A stretch of DNA of 64,000 nucleotides from a virus. This document shows, in pieces, positions 30,005 to 38,454 of the stretch. The stretch is from IMG/VR virus record IMGVR_UViG_3300047560_001714, positions 32,001 to 96,000 of that record; one strand, given 5' to 3'. How positions within the stretch are numbered: position 1 is the first letter of the stretch; every line of letters starts with the position of its first letter. Made by a program: the position numbers and the translations under genes. Under the pieces are notes generated by a model that ran no database searches, was not told the origin of the DNA, and worked only from the letters and a program-made list of their open reading frames with translations.

Positions 30005-30367
30005 GTCTATAGTTATATTCATATAAATATTTATATCTATCACTATTACCATTAATAACATCATGAAAAAATTATTATCATTATTATCCAGCATTGGTAC
30101 TATCTTATTGTTCATCGTATTCTTCGTTGCGGCATATGTATCATTTACATCGTGTTACCACATAATAGCCGATCAACAAAAAAATGAAATAAAAATTGTG
30201 TTGTTTAAAAGGTCTTGATTTGTATATCATTGACATAAATACTCCCATCAATGCATTGAGAAATATTTAAAAAGTCGTTGACAATTAGTTTTATTCGTGT
30301 ATAATATACTCAACTTAGCAACAATAAGCATATTAGATTTATTAGTGTGCTTATTATTGTTGTAATT

Positions 30368-30700
30368 CCTTCAAAGTGAAGGCATTCAAGACGGGGGTTC
30401 GACTCCCCCCAGTTCCACCATAAAACACATTAGAGGTATCAGAGTGGGGCCATAGCCATAAACTTCCTGCCCCCCCCTAAAAGGGAAGTGCTAGTGTGTT
30501 TTATAATGGGGCTGTCATGGTTTCGATTGGGTGAGATAATGGAGACGGCAACAGGTGAGGTGACTGTCCTAAACAGCGCAAAACAAGTAATCGCAAACGA
30601 TTCAAATTTCGAATTCTATACATTAGATAACATCGATTTAGATGTTATGGCTGCTTAATAACCAGCCGATTCCGGGGCATGTATGCCCTGTTACCTAAAA
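30368..30700 (+). ncRNA. ssrA: Two-piece (circularly permuted) tmRNA
   Basis: T-arm plus CAGTTCC-A-CCA ending at 30420 precedes the GGGGCTG 5' end at 30508 (G3.U70); tag ORF 30593-30658 ANDSNFEFYTLDNIDLDVMAA*. Confidence 0.9.
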
Positions 30701-30707
30701 TACAACT

Positions 30708-30732
30708 AAGCTGCCTTCGGGCAGCTTTTTTT
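30708..30732 (+). terminator. Rho-independent terminator after tmRNA
   Basis: AAGCTGCC-ttcg-GGCAGCTT plus U-run. Confidence 0.9.
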
Positions 30733-30748
30733 ACATCAAATATCATAG

Positions 30749-31117
30749 GTGTCAGACAATATGAACAGAAAAATTACACCAGAAACATACAGTTATATCA
30801 ATTCAACATTAGAAAAGTTGAGATATGAAATAATGTATATAGATCACGGTGCAACACGCATAGCATTAATGGAACACCGTGACGCTATGAAACGTATTAT
30901 TGACGGGCATCCGTTTAAGACGATGTCCCCTCCTCTTCCACCACACAAACCGCAATATCGCAATCAAAACGGAATGACTGGATTTAATCCTCCACCTCCA
31001 TTAAAATCACTATATGAACTTCCTGATCCACCTGCAGGATTAGAGAGTTGTGATGCTTTTTGTAATGAACCTGTATTTCCACGTTGGATGTACGCACTAA
31101 TGGGGAGATTAAAATGA
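30749..31117 (+). CDS. Hypothetical proline-rich protein
   Basis: ORF track; no recognisable motif. Confidence 0.45.
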   Translation: MSDNMNRKITPETYSYINSTLEKLRYEIMYIDHGATRIALMEHRDAMKRIIDGHPFKTMSPPLPPHKPQYRNQNGMTGFNPPPPLKSLYELPDPPAGLESCDAFCNEPVFPRWMYALMGRLK

Positions 31118-31127
31118 GGATAGTAAG

Positions 31128-31358
31128 ATGAATTCTGATGTAATAGCATTTATAAGTGTATGGTGTGCTTATTTCTTTTTAAGCACGTGTGCCCTAGATT
31201 TCTTAAACATATTCGATGACAAGATTAAAGCGAAATGGTATTTTAAACCATTAACTATATTTTGTTTTTTCGTGTGGCCGGTACCAGTTGCATTATTGAT
31301 GGTGTATGCAATTGCGATTGTTCCTTTTGTCAAACTTTTTAAAACATTGAGAGGTTAA
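31128..31358 (+). CDS. Small membrane protein
   Basis: Two TM segments, FFVWP motif. Confidence 0.5.
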   Translation: MNSDVIAFISVWCAYFFLSTCALDFLNIFDDKIKAKWYFKPLTIFCFFVWPVPVALLMVYAIAIVPFVKLFKTLRG

Positions 31359-31461
31359 TTATGCCTTTAGTACCGATAGCGTTAGTAGTTGGAACCTTAT
31401 TTGGGGTTGCAATATCAAAAACAATAGATTCTTTCAAGAACATCGATAAGGTGAAAAAGAA

Positions 31462-31902
31462 ATGAGAGTAATAACCGGAGATTTAATACAACTTGCATTA
31501 CAAGAACGATTTGATGTTATTGTGCATGGTTGTAATTGTTTTAATACAATGGGCGCAGGTATTGCTAAACAACTTGCAATGCGATGGCCACAAGTAGCAG
31601 AAGTTGATCGTACTACTAGCATGGCTGACAAAGCTAAACTTGGAACATTCACTGTTGCAGAAACTCCATGTTGTAAAGTAGTTAATGCGTATACGCAATA
31701 TCATTATGGACAAGCATTTGGTGTTCCTTTTGATTACCAAGCATTTGAAGAAGTATTACACAAGATAGGAAAACACTTTCCTAAAGATACTAAGTTTGGA
31801 TTTCCTATAGGCTGCGGATTAGCAGGTGGCGATCCAATTAAAGTAATGCTCATACTTTCTGAATGGGCAATCGACAGAGATGTTATCTTGGTACGATTGT
31901 AA
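31462..31902 (+). CDS. Macro domain (ADP-ribose processing) protein
   Basis: VITGDL, IVHGCNCFNTMGAGIAKQL, VVNAYTQ, IGCGLAGGD. Confidence 0.9.
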   Translation: MRVITGDLIQLALQERFDVIVHGCNCFNTMGAGIAKQLAMRWPQVAEVDRTTSMADKAKLGTFTVAETPCCKVVNAYTQYHYGQAFGVPFDYQAFEEVLHKIGKHFPKDTKFGFPIGCGLAGGDPIKVMLILSEWAIDRDVILVRL

Positions 31903-31911
31903 GGAACCAGT

Positions 31912-32112
31912 ATGGAATCTCATAAAAGAACCGCAATAAAAACTATAACCTATCGTTTTTTCGCTTGGTTATTAACTATCGCGTTAACATTTTTCTATAC
32001 AAACGACCTATCAAACTCAACCACATTTGCATCCATTCTTCACGTTGTTTTATGTATCATATATTATATACACGAAAGAATATGGATTAGAATTAAGTGG
32101 GGGAAACTATAA
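31912..32112 (+). CDS. DUF2061-like membrane protein
   Basis: ESHKRTAIKTITYR...YYIHERIW. Confidence 0.8.
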   Translation: MESHKRTAIKTITYRFFAWLLTIALTFFYTNDLSNSTTFASILHVVLCIIYYIHERIWIRIKWGKL

Positions 32113-32179
32113 CCCGGTTTATCCGGGTTTTTTATTGCCCATAGAAAATTTGATAAATATTCATAAACAAGGATTTACT

Positions 32180-33967
32180 ATGCGTTTTAATGAATTTAAA
32201 GTAGAATTAAATGAAGTGTCAATGGCACCAACCAGTCTTGCAAAGATGGCCGGTGAAATTGATGCAACTTGTGGTATAGAATTTGAAATGTATGTACCAA
32301 TAGAACAAGCACCAGGTGAAATGTCTGAACGTGAAGATCCACGTTGCCGCAGCATTAACCAAGTTATAGATTTTTTCAATGATTTAGATATGGGTGTTGA
32401 CACCAATTCCATGCGTGATACCCTGCAAGAGAAATATTACGAATTTCTTGATAACAAGCGGCAAGAGGCGTGGGACGATGAGAGTGAAGAATATGTCCGT
32501 AATTACATAGAAGAAAATTGGGACGAAGATAGCAAATACGAGGAAGCATATGAAGATATGGGGCTTGATGAAGACGAAATATCAGAGGCCGAAGATGCTA
32601 GATCATCAAGAGATAAACAAGCACCTGGGTATGATAATTATATAACGGCAAAAGAACGTGTTGAAGAAATGTTACAAGATGATGTTGATTATTCAATGCA
32701 ACGCCACGACTCATATTACGATAATGCCAGAGAAGAATGGGATAACGATTACTACGATAATAATGATGAATCTGATTTCTTTGAAGCTGAACGGTGGCAC
32801 ACTATGTCAGATATCGCGGATGAATTAGGTGGAGGATGGGACTTTGAGGAGGAGGGATTCTCCAAACTCGATATTGATTTCTTAGCGGAAATAATGACAG
32901 ATATACTAGGTGCAGAAGTTGTCGGTTGTGATAGTTATCATGGATGCCAAGGTGACAAAGGTAAAAAATATGTCGTTGAGTTCGATTCTAGTTTAGATAA
33001 TGGCGGTGATGAATTCAAAGGTGTAGAATTGGTGTCACCAGCACTACCATTAGAAGAAATGATAGCACAAATTGATAATGTTAAACGCATGGCTAACAAA
33101 CTTAATTGTTTTACCGATGAAAGCACTGGTCTACATATGAATATCAGTTTAAACAATGTTGACTTAGAATCAATCGACTATGTTAAATTAGTGTTATTCC
33201 TTGGCGATAAGTATGTATTAGATTCATTTGACCGCAGTACTAATGCGTATTGCAAAAGTGCGATGGCACATCTTGAATCATATATGCAATCATATAGTTA
33301 TGGCCCAAACACTATGAAACTTGAGGTGTTAGAGTTACTTCAGAAATCACTTTCAACAATTGCATCACGTATCATATTCCAACAGTTACCATCAAATCGT
33401 GGTAGTGTTAATGTCGCACACATTTCTAACATGGATCTAGCCAGTAGACGTATTGAATTCAGAAGTCCAGGTGGTGATTGGATTTCAACTGATAGTAAAA
33501 AATTAATCAGTACTATTAACAGATTCGTGGTTGCATTAGATATAGCGTGTGATCCATCTAAACACCAACGAGAATATGCTAAAAAACTTTATAAATTGAT
33601 TAATCCGTCGCACCCCCGTGTTGGCGAGGCTATTAACATCTTTACACAATACAAAGCTGGTGAAATTGATGCAGCCACCTTGAAATCATCTTTACAAACG
33701 CTTGAGCTTAGACGTTCTGTTAAAAAAGAAAAAGAGGCACCACAGGCACCACACACCGGTAATCAATTGTGGACGGTTCAATTACCACCAAGAAATCCGT
33801 TGGAAATCAATGCAAACAGTGCGTCGGCTGCTATCAAAGCGTATCGCGCACAATTTAAATTAAACACGGTCGCATACCCAGATTCAGCATTTACGGCGGT
33901 TCCGGCTAACCAAGCACAAAATAATCCAGAAATTGAAAAAAATATCTCGACAAATGATCAATTATAG
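32180..33967 (+). CDS. Putative amidoligase-domain protein with acidic insert
   Basis: CGIEFEM, FDSSL, GVELVSP, TGLHMNIS, IEFRSPGG; start at 32180 after GATAAATA and an AAGGA SD. Confidence 0.75.
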   Translation: MRFNEFKVELNEVSMAPTSLAKMAGEIDATCGIEFEMYVPIEQAPGEMSEREDPRCRSINQVIDFFNDLDMGVDTNSMRDTLQEKYYEFLDNKRQEAWDDESEEYVRNYIEENWDEDSKYEEAYEDMGLDEDEISEAEDARSSRDKQAPGYDNYITAKERVEEMLQDDVDYSMQRHDSYYDNAREEWDNDYYDNNDESDFFEAERWHTMSDIADELGGGWDFEEEGFSKLDIDFLAEIMTDILGAEVVGCDSYHGCQGDKGKKYVVEFDSSLDNGGDEFKGVELVSPALPLEEMIAQIDNVKRMANKLNCFTDESTGLHMNISLNNVDLESIDYVKLVLFLGDKYVLDSFDRSTNAYCKSAMAHLESYMQSYSYGPNTMKLEVLELLQKSLSTIASRIIFQQLPSNRGSVNVAHISNMDLASRRIEFRSPGGDWISTDSKKLISTINRFVVALDIACDPSKHQREYAKKLYKLINPSHPRVGEAINIFTQYKAGEIDAATLKSSLQTLELRRSVKKEKEAPQAPHTGNQLWTVQLPPRNPLEINANSASAAIKAYRAQFKLNTVAYPDSAFTAVPANQAQNNPEIEKNISTNDQL

Positions 33968-33981
33968 TGTATAATCGCATC

Positions 33982-34500
33982 TAATAATTAAGGCACCTAT
34001 CAGGCAACACTCAGGCACACACACTTCATATGATACTCGCACCGGTAAGGAAAATAGGTGCCGCGAGATAAGGGATGTACTCCGCTTAGAGCGAACTGGG
34101 ATGAAGCAGTAAACTTAGCAACTACCCGAAAGGATGATGATTGGACATGCCTTCCCATATAACCAATTTTGCTATTTTAAGGAACCATAGGCTAAATGAG
34201 GGTTAAAAACCCACCTTATACATATATGATTAGTGTATATATGTATAAGCACCGTCAGACATAAGAAACAAAAACGCGCTTCGAGGTACCGGCTGACCGC
34301 CTCTGTAATTAGCGTAACACTAGTGTCCGTGATTAAGTAACTCAGATGAAATCACTGGATAATTTTTGAATACCATTTGTATTCAAATTTTTTTGCTCCC
34401 GTAAGGGGGCAATAATGTCCGAAATATCATAATCTAGATGAATATATATAAAGAAACATAATTAAACATCATGTCTCTATAATTAATTAAAAAAGATTGT
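33982..34500 (+). ncRNA. Candidate large structured non-coding RNA or replication origin
   Basis: ~520 nt with no long ORF, behind TCGACA-17-TATAAT (33947-75); many hairpins. Confidence 0.45.
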
Positions 34501-34555
34501 GAGGAACGTAAGTGACGAACAGGGGAACATTGTTCCCCTTAACATTATATAAAAC

Positions 34556-35077
34556 ATGATTAAATATATTTCACCTATAAATTTAAATATTGATTTAGAT
34601 TATATTAAAAAATTAGTATTGAATTCATTATGTGTGGATACCTCGGATAGAAAATATTCAACATTGAGATTTTGCTGTGATGATGAATATATGGCATCTT
34701 TACATAATAAATGGTATTGGATGTCTAATAAATATAATATACTATATACATCAAATGGTATTGGATTTCCTATTCATGTTGATATAGCTAGATTAAGTGC
34801 ATTAAATATTCCTATTCATGGAGGTGAGCATTCTAGTACTATATTTTATGAATCAATTGGTGAAATGAAGACTTATACGTCACCTAATGAAAGAGGATAT
34901 TTACTATTATCTGATACATCCGAAGCATATAGATTTACATTATCCGAGCCAACTATAATAAATACACAAGCGATTCATTCCGTTGATGTTGCAGATAATT
35001 CTGAACGTATAATAATAAGTTGGGGTTCTAATGCATCATATGAAGAAACGATTGAATTGTTTAATAAACAGATTTAA
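34556..35077 (+). CDS. Hypothetical protein (possible cupin / 2OG-Fe(II) oxygenase-like fold)
   Basis: PIHVD...HSV...RIIISW pattern. Confidence 0.5.
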   Translation: MIKYISPINLNIDLDYIKKLVLNSLCVDTSDRKYSTLRFCCDDEYMASLHNKWYWMSNKYNILYTSNGIGFPIHVDIARLSALNIPIHGGEHSSTIFYESIGEMKTYTSPNERGYLLLSDTSEAYRFTLSEPTIINTQAIHSVDVADNSERIIISWGSNASYEETIELFNKQI

Positions 35078-35170
35078 AACCACTTTTTTAAATAATTTGC
35101 TAAATAAAAACATAATACTTGACAAAATAATTTTTGATAGTATAATCTAACACAACTTAAAGGAATTAAG

Positions 35171-35278
35171 ATGATTAACAAAATTAACGGAATACAACTC
35201 AACGGACAATATAGCCACGGCTATTCTTCGCCTGTTAATCCGGAGTATTGCACATCATCTAAGGGTTATAAGTTATAA
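35171..35278 (+). CDS. Putative attenuator leader peptide (MINKINGIQLNGQYSHGYSSPVNPEYCTSSKGYKL)
   Basis: TTGACA/TATAAT promoter 35119-46, AAGGA SD, followed by a terminator. Confidence 0.55.
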   Translation: MINKINGIQLNGQYSHGYSSPVNPEYCTSSKGYKL

Positions 35279-35309
35279 AGTAATATTCATTTGTTTACTT
35301 TCCTTATAT

Positions 35310-35340
35310 AACCCGATACTAACACTATCGGGTTTTTTGT
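35310..35340 (+). terminator. Rho-independent terminator overlapping an antiterminator
   Basis: AACCCGATA-ctaacac-TATCGGGTT plus U-run; GGGTTATA 35263-70 pairs with TATAACCC 35307-14. Confidence 0.75.
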
Positions 35341-35496
35341 TTTAAGGGATTTAAAAAAAGCTTGACAAGATGGGAATAACAGTATAGAATATTACTACAG
35401 TGAACGATGTACCTGCATCGAACAACACTTAAACAAGTTCAGTTAAAGGGGGTTCTGGAGATGGATAATCAATAGACAAGTTATCGACGTGATAAC

Positions 35497-35628
35497 ATTA
35501 ATTTTAAATCTTCTAGCTTGGCTAGTATATAAGAGTATACTTAATCGGGTCAACGAGCCTTTGCTTATCCCGAAGAGTGGTACATATAATGTGGCACCTT
35601 GTATAGTGCTGGTGGATTTAAAATTAAT
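35497..35628 (+). ncRNA. Candidate multi-branched small RNA
   Basis: Perfect 14-bp closing stem ATTAATTTTAAATC/GATTTAAAATTAAT enclosing four hairpins. Confidence 0.4.
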
Positions 35629-35648
35629 ATGAGAAAACTATATGGAAA

Positions 35649-35906
35649 ATGTACAAGATTATAAAACTTGGCGTGATAAGTTTTTTTGAAACAACCGTCA
35701 CTCAAGAAGCAAAAGAAGATATGAATAATCCAAATGGTATTGATATACGTGGTGTTATTGATGGGTTATTTCAAGCTATCATCAATTCTGTTCATAGACC
35801 AGAAACCATGGAAAAATGTTTTTATGAAAATGACACATTTAGCGATGGGTATAACATTGTAGTTGACAAATATGAAAAATATTGTAAAAAAGATGTTGAC
35901 AAATAG
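35649..35906 (+). CDS. Hypothetical protein
   Basis: ORF track. Confidence 0.45.
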   Translation: MYKIIKLGVISFFETTVTQEAKEDMNNPNGIDIRGVIDGLFQAIINSVHRPETMEKCFYENDTFSDGYNIVVDKYEKYCKKDVDK

Positions 35907-36008
35907 TTTTAAACGTGTATAATAACCCCATCATTAGGAAATAACGATGGAAACACAAGAAATTAAATATACACTTGAATTTCTTGAAAAAGAAGTATAA
36001 AAAATATT

Positions 36009-36093
36009 GGAGGTCGAGCGGCATAGGTGACTGCAGCGGACTGTAAATCCGTGCCTTTTACGGCACCTGGTTCGAATCCAGGGACCTCCACCA
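36009..36093 (+). tRNA. tRNA-Tyr(GTA)
   Basis: Cloverleaf, loop CTGTAAA, long variable arm, CCA. Confidence 0.93.
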
Positions 36094-36101
36094 AATATAA
36101 T

Positions 36102-36175
36102 TGGGATATAGTGTAATGGTAACACAACAGATTTTGATTCTGTCATTCTAGGTTCGAGCCCTAGTATCCCTGCCA
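36102..36175 (+). tRNA. tRNA-Gln(TTG)
   Basis: ACAGA-TTTTGAT-TCTGT, CCA. Confidence 0.93.
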
Positions 36176-36180
36176 AATGT

Positions 36181-36277
36181 TAGATTAAGATATAACAGGT
36201 TCGAATCCTGTCGTTCAAGGACAACCCCATAGGGGACGACTTACACTTGTGATCAAAGGAGATTTTATCTTAATCTG
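36181..36277 (+). ncRNA. CAGCA-stem family variant carrying a T-arm
   Basis: 11-bp stem AGATTAAGATA/TATCTTAATCT, terminal T.G, TAACAG linker running into ACAGG-TTCGAAT-CCTGT. Confidence 0.6.
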
Positions 36278-36282
36278 TTTTA

Positions 36283-36366
36283 GCTCTGGTGGCGAAATGG
36301 TAAACGCGGTGGTCTTAGAAACCACTACCGAAGGGTTTGGGAGTTCAAGTCTCCCCTAGAGTACCA
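36283..36366 (+). tRNA. tRNA-Leu(TAG)
   Basis: GTGGT-CTTAGAA-ACCAC, variable arm, CCA. Confidence 0.93.
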
Positions 36367-36383
36367 AATAAGACACATTAGGT

Positions 36384-36457
36384 GTGACTATGACGGAATT
36401 GGTAGACGTCCTCGATTGTGATTCGAGATTTTGTGGGTTCAAGTCCCACTAGTCACC
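36384..36457 (+). tRNA. tRNA-His(GTG), no encoded G-1 or CCA, acceptor extended by a 10-bp flanking inverted repeat
   Basis: CTCGA-TTGTGAT-TCGAG; ACACATTAGG/CCTAATGTGT flanks. Confidence 0.85.
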
Positions 36458-36479
36458 CCTAATGTGTTTAAAAATGATT

Positions 36480-36554
36480 GTCGCTATCGTCTATCGGTTA
36501 GGACACAAGATTTTCATTCTTGTAAGCGGGGTTCGACTCCCCGTAGCGACGCCA
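36480..36554 (+). tRNA. tRNA-Glu(TTC)
   Basis: CAAGA-TTTTCAT-TCTTG, CCA. Confidence 0.93.
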
Positions 36555-36563
36555 ATTAACAAA

Positions 36564-36640
36564 CTCCCATTAGCGCAGTCTGGTAGCGCGATCCGTTTGG
36601 GGCGGATAGGTCGGCGGTTCGAATCCGTCATGGGAGACCA
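36564..36640 (+). tRNA. tRNA-Pro(TGG)
   Basis: ATCCG-TTTGGGG-CGGAT, CCA. Confidence 0.93.
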
Positions 36641-36644
36641 AATA

Positions 36645-36708
36645 TAGGATGGTAACAGCAAATCTTTAGCCTTAGAATTCGGATCTAAACAGCCTAAACC
36701 CCATCCTG
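36645..36708 (+). ncRNA. CAGCA-stem element A (Leu-TAG-like loop)
   Basis: AGGATGG-TAACAGCAA...CCATCCT-G; CTTAGAA at 36671-77. Confidence 0.75.
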
Positions 36709-36718
36709 CTTTACAATC

Positions 36719-36777
36719 TAGGATACAACCAGCAACAATTACGCCAGACTGATAATCTGAAAATGTAACGTATCCTG
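36719..36777 (+). ncRNA. CAGCA-stem element B (Ile-GAT anticodon arm)
   Basis: AGGATAC-AACCAGCAA...GTATCCT-G; CAGA-CTGATAA-TCTG 36745-59. Confidence 0.8.
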
Positions 36778-36800
36778 TTTTTATAACTAATCGGACAACT

Positions 36801-37055
36801 ATGAAAGTAACAAAACTTGACAAACGATTTACATTATATCACAGGGGTTATATTCACGCTGTCATTGATGTTGAACAGTATGGTCCATTTATGGATCATG
36901 TTAAAACCTACTTTGCAGATAAAAAACATTTGTATGATTTTACCACCCAACGTAAACGAATTCATGGGTTGCCTTCTTACCGACGCAGTGTAGCTGTAAT
37001 CGGTTTTAGACGCGAAGAAGATTTAACTATGGTCCTATTATCTTTTAACAATTAA
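36801..37055 (+). CDS. Hypothetical protein, paralog of 37751-37990
   Basis: MKVTKLDKR...IGFRREEDLTMVLL versus MKIIKLDKR...IAFKREEHLTLALL. Confidence 0.65.
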   Translation: MKVTKLDKRFTLYHRGYIHAVIDVEQYGPFMDHVKTYFADKKHLYDFTTQRKRIHGLPSYRRSVAVIGFRREEDLTMVLLSFNN

Positions 37056-37099
37056 CGATTATTCCAGATTTATCAAAATAAAAACAATAAAGGTACAAT

Positions 37100-37327
37100 A
37101 TGAATAAAGAAGAATTACGCGAAATATTTTCAGAACAAACCACGAAATCGTCATCTGTGATGTTTATGATATCAACTTTAAAAGAAGTAATTGATGATAA
37201 ACAACATATTAGTTTACAAGTGTTAACCACTGAATCTGAAAAAATTGATGAACTGTTAGATAACGAATTGGTGGGATGTGAATTCGAATCATATGTGAAC
37301 GATATTCCAAAGTTCGTAAAACAATAA
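37100..37327 (+). CDS. Hypothetical protein
   Basis: ORF with AAGG SD. Confidence 0.5.
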   Translation: MNKEELREIFSEQTTKSSSVMFMISTLKEVIDDKQHISLQVLTTESEKIDELLDNELVGCEFESYVNDIPKFVKQ

Positions 37328-37442
37328 CAAATTATATGGATGAATACCGCATTTTTAGCTGGCTTACGATCGTTCATTATTAACAAATGTCATCGTCGGC
37401 TTGCAGACAAAAATCATCCAGCTTTAACCACAGGATAATATT

Positions 37443-37748
37443 ATGTTTTTTAATAAAGAATTACTAAACCAAATAGCGAAACTCACCACAATCGCTGAAA
37501 AGCTTCACGATGAAAATACAATGATGCGTAACACTTTTACAATGCTTGGGGAAACCATCAAAGAAATGGACGCTAAAATTAGCACATTAGAAGGTGAGGT
37601 TAAGAATTTAAGGACTCTGAATCAACTTGACCACCAGTACCCAATCGCAGTTAATAAGTGGGGAAGATGGAATTCTCACGGAGTTAAGAACCAAACGCCC
37701 CCAGATAAAGATTCTGGATGTAATCGTAAACACTGTGAATGTGACTAA
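37443..37748 (+). CDS. Coiled-coil hypothetical protein
   Basis: AGGA SD; heptad pattern. Confidence 0.5.
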   Translation: MFFNKELLNQIAKLTTIAEKLHDENTMMRNTFTMLGETIKEMDAKISTLEGEVKNLRTLNQLDHQYPIAVNKWGRWNSHGVKNQTPPDKDSGCNRKHCECD

Positions 37749-37750
37749 TA

Positions 37751-37990
37751 ATGAAAATTATTAAATTAGATAAACGCCATCGACTTTACTGTGAAGGATA
37801 TCGTTATGCAATTTCTAAAATTTATTTGGATAGAGGTATTGCAAAACATATCCGCAAGTATTATAATAAAGATTCGGAGATATTCAAGCAATATGCAACA
37901 ATCAATCGAACTTTTTTACCTTATGGATACATTGCATTTAAACGTGAAGAACATTTAACGCTGGCGTTGTTATCCTATGAAAATTATTAG
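37751..37990 (+). CDS. Hypothetical protein, paralog of 36801-37055
   Basis: Shared N- and C-terminal motifs. Confidence 0.65.
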   Translation: MKIIKLDKRHRLYCEGYRYAISKIYLDRGIAKHIRKYYNKDSEIFKQYATINRTFLPYGYIAFKREEHLTLALLSYENY

Positions 37991-38029
37991 TTGACAAATG
38001 AAAATGATGCTGTATAATAGCTAACAAAT

Positions 38030-38106
38030 GGCGGTGTAGCTCAGTTGGTTAGAGCAATCCTTTCATACGGGATAGGTCGTAGGTTCGATTCCTACTGTCG
38101 CCACCA
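38030..38106 (+). tRNA. tRNA with CAT anticodon (elongator Met or Ile2)
   Basis: ATCCT-TTCATAC-GGGAT, CCA; TTGACA/TATAAT promoter 37991-38018. Confidence 0.85.
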
Positions 38107-38114
38107 ACTAAATT

Positions 38115-38189
38115 GCCCTTATCGTTTAATGGATAGGACATGGGATTTCTACTCCCAGAATGGAGGTTCGATTCCTTCTAAGGGTGCCA
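38115..38189 (+). tRNA. tRNA-Arg(TCT)
   Basis: TGGGA-TTTCTAC-TCCCA, CCA. Confidence 0.9.
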
Positions 38190-38276
38190 GTGGTGCTAGA
38201 TATGGCCCACGTTAAAAACAGAATATATCAAACTGATTAGTTTGTGGTGTTAGTTGTGACCCACGTTAAAAACAGA
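38190..38276 (+). repeat. Two 33-nt direct repeats, each a GTGG/CCAC hairpin with an A-rich tail (preQ1-I-like)
   Basis: GTGGTGCTAGATATGGCCCACGTTAAAAACAGA (38190-222) and GTGGTGTTAGTTGTGACCCACGTTAAAAACAGA (38244-276). Confidence 0.7.
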
Positions 38277-38287
38277 TAACAATTTAT

Positions 38288-38362
38288 GCCCCTATAGCTC
38301 AATGGTAGAGCGTATTCCTCATAAGAATTTGGTTATAGGTTCGAACCCTGTTGGGGGCACCA
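38288..38362 (+). tRNA. tRNA with CAT anticodon (Ile2 or Met)
   Basis: GCCCCTA acceptor, ATTC-CTCATAA-GAAT, CCA. Confidence 0.88.
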
Positions 38363-38368
38363 ACAAAT

Positions 38369-38443
38369 ATATCGGTGGTGTAATGGTAACATACGGGCCT
38401 CCAAAGCCTTGAGATTAGGGTTCAAATCCTTACCGGTATGCCA
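38369..38443 (+). tRNA. tRNA-Trp(CCA)
   Basis: GGGC-CTCCAAA-GCCT, CCA. Confidence 0.9.
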
Positions 38444-38454
38444 AACAAAAAATA

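Noticed and set aside
30005-30115. N-terminal extension of the QueC-like ORF, and similar extensions at 5026, 32027, 43900 and 49282
   Set aside because: Low-complexity or promoter-containing sequence; better SD and start pairs lie downstream.
32400-32900. Asp/Glu-rich stretch in the amidoligase-like gene as a repeat element
   Set aside because: Compositional bias within the ORF, with no periodic nucleotide repeat.
38190-38276. Mini-CRISPR
   Set aside because: Only two imperfect copies with a 21-nt spacer, and no leader or cas gene.
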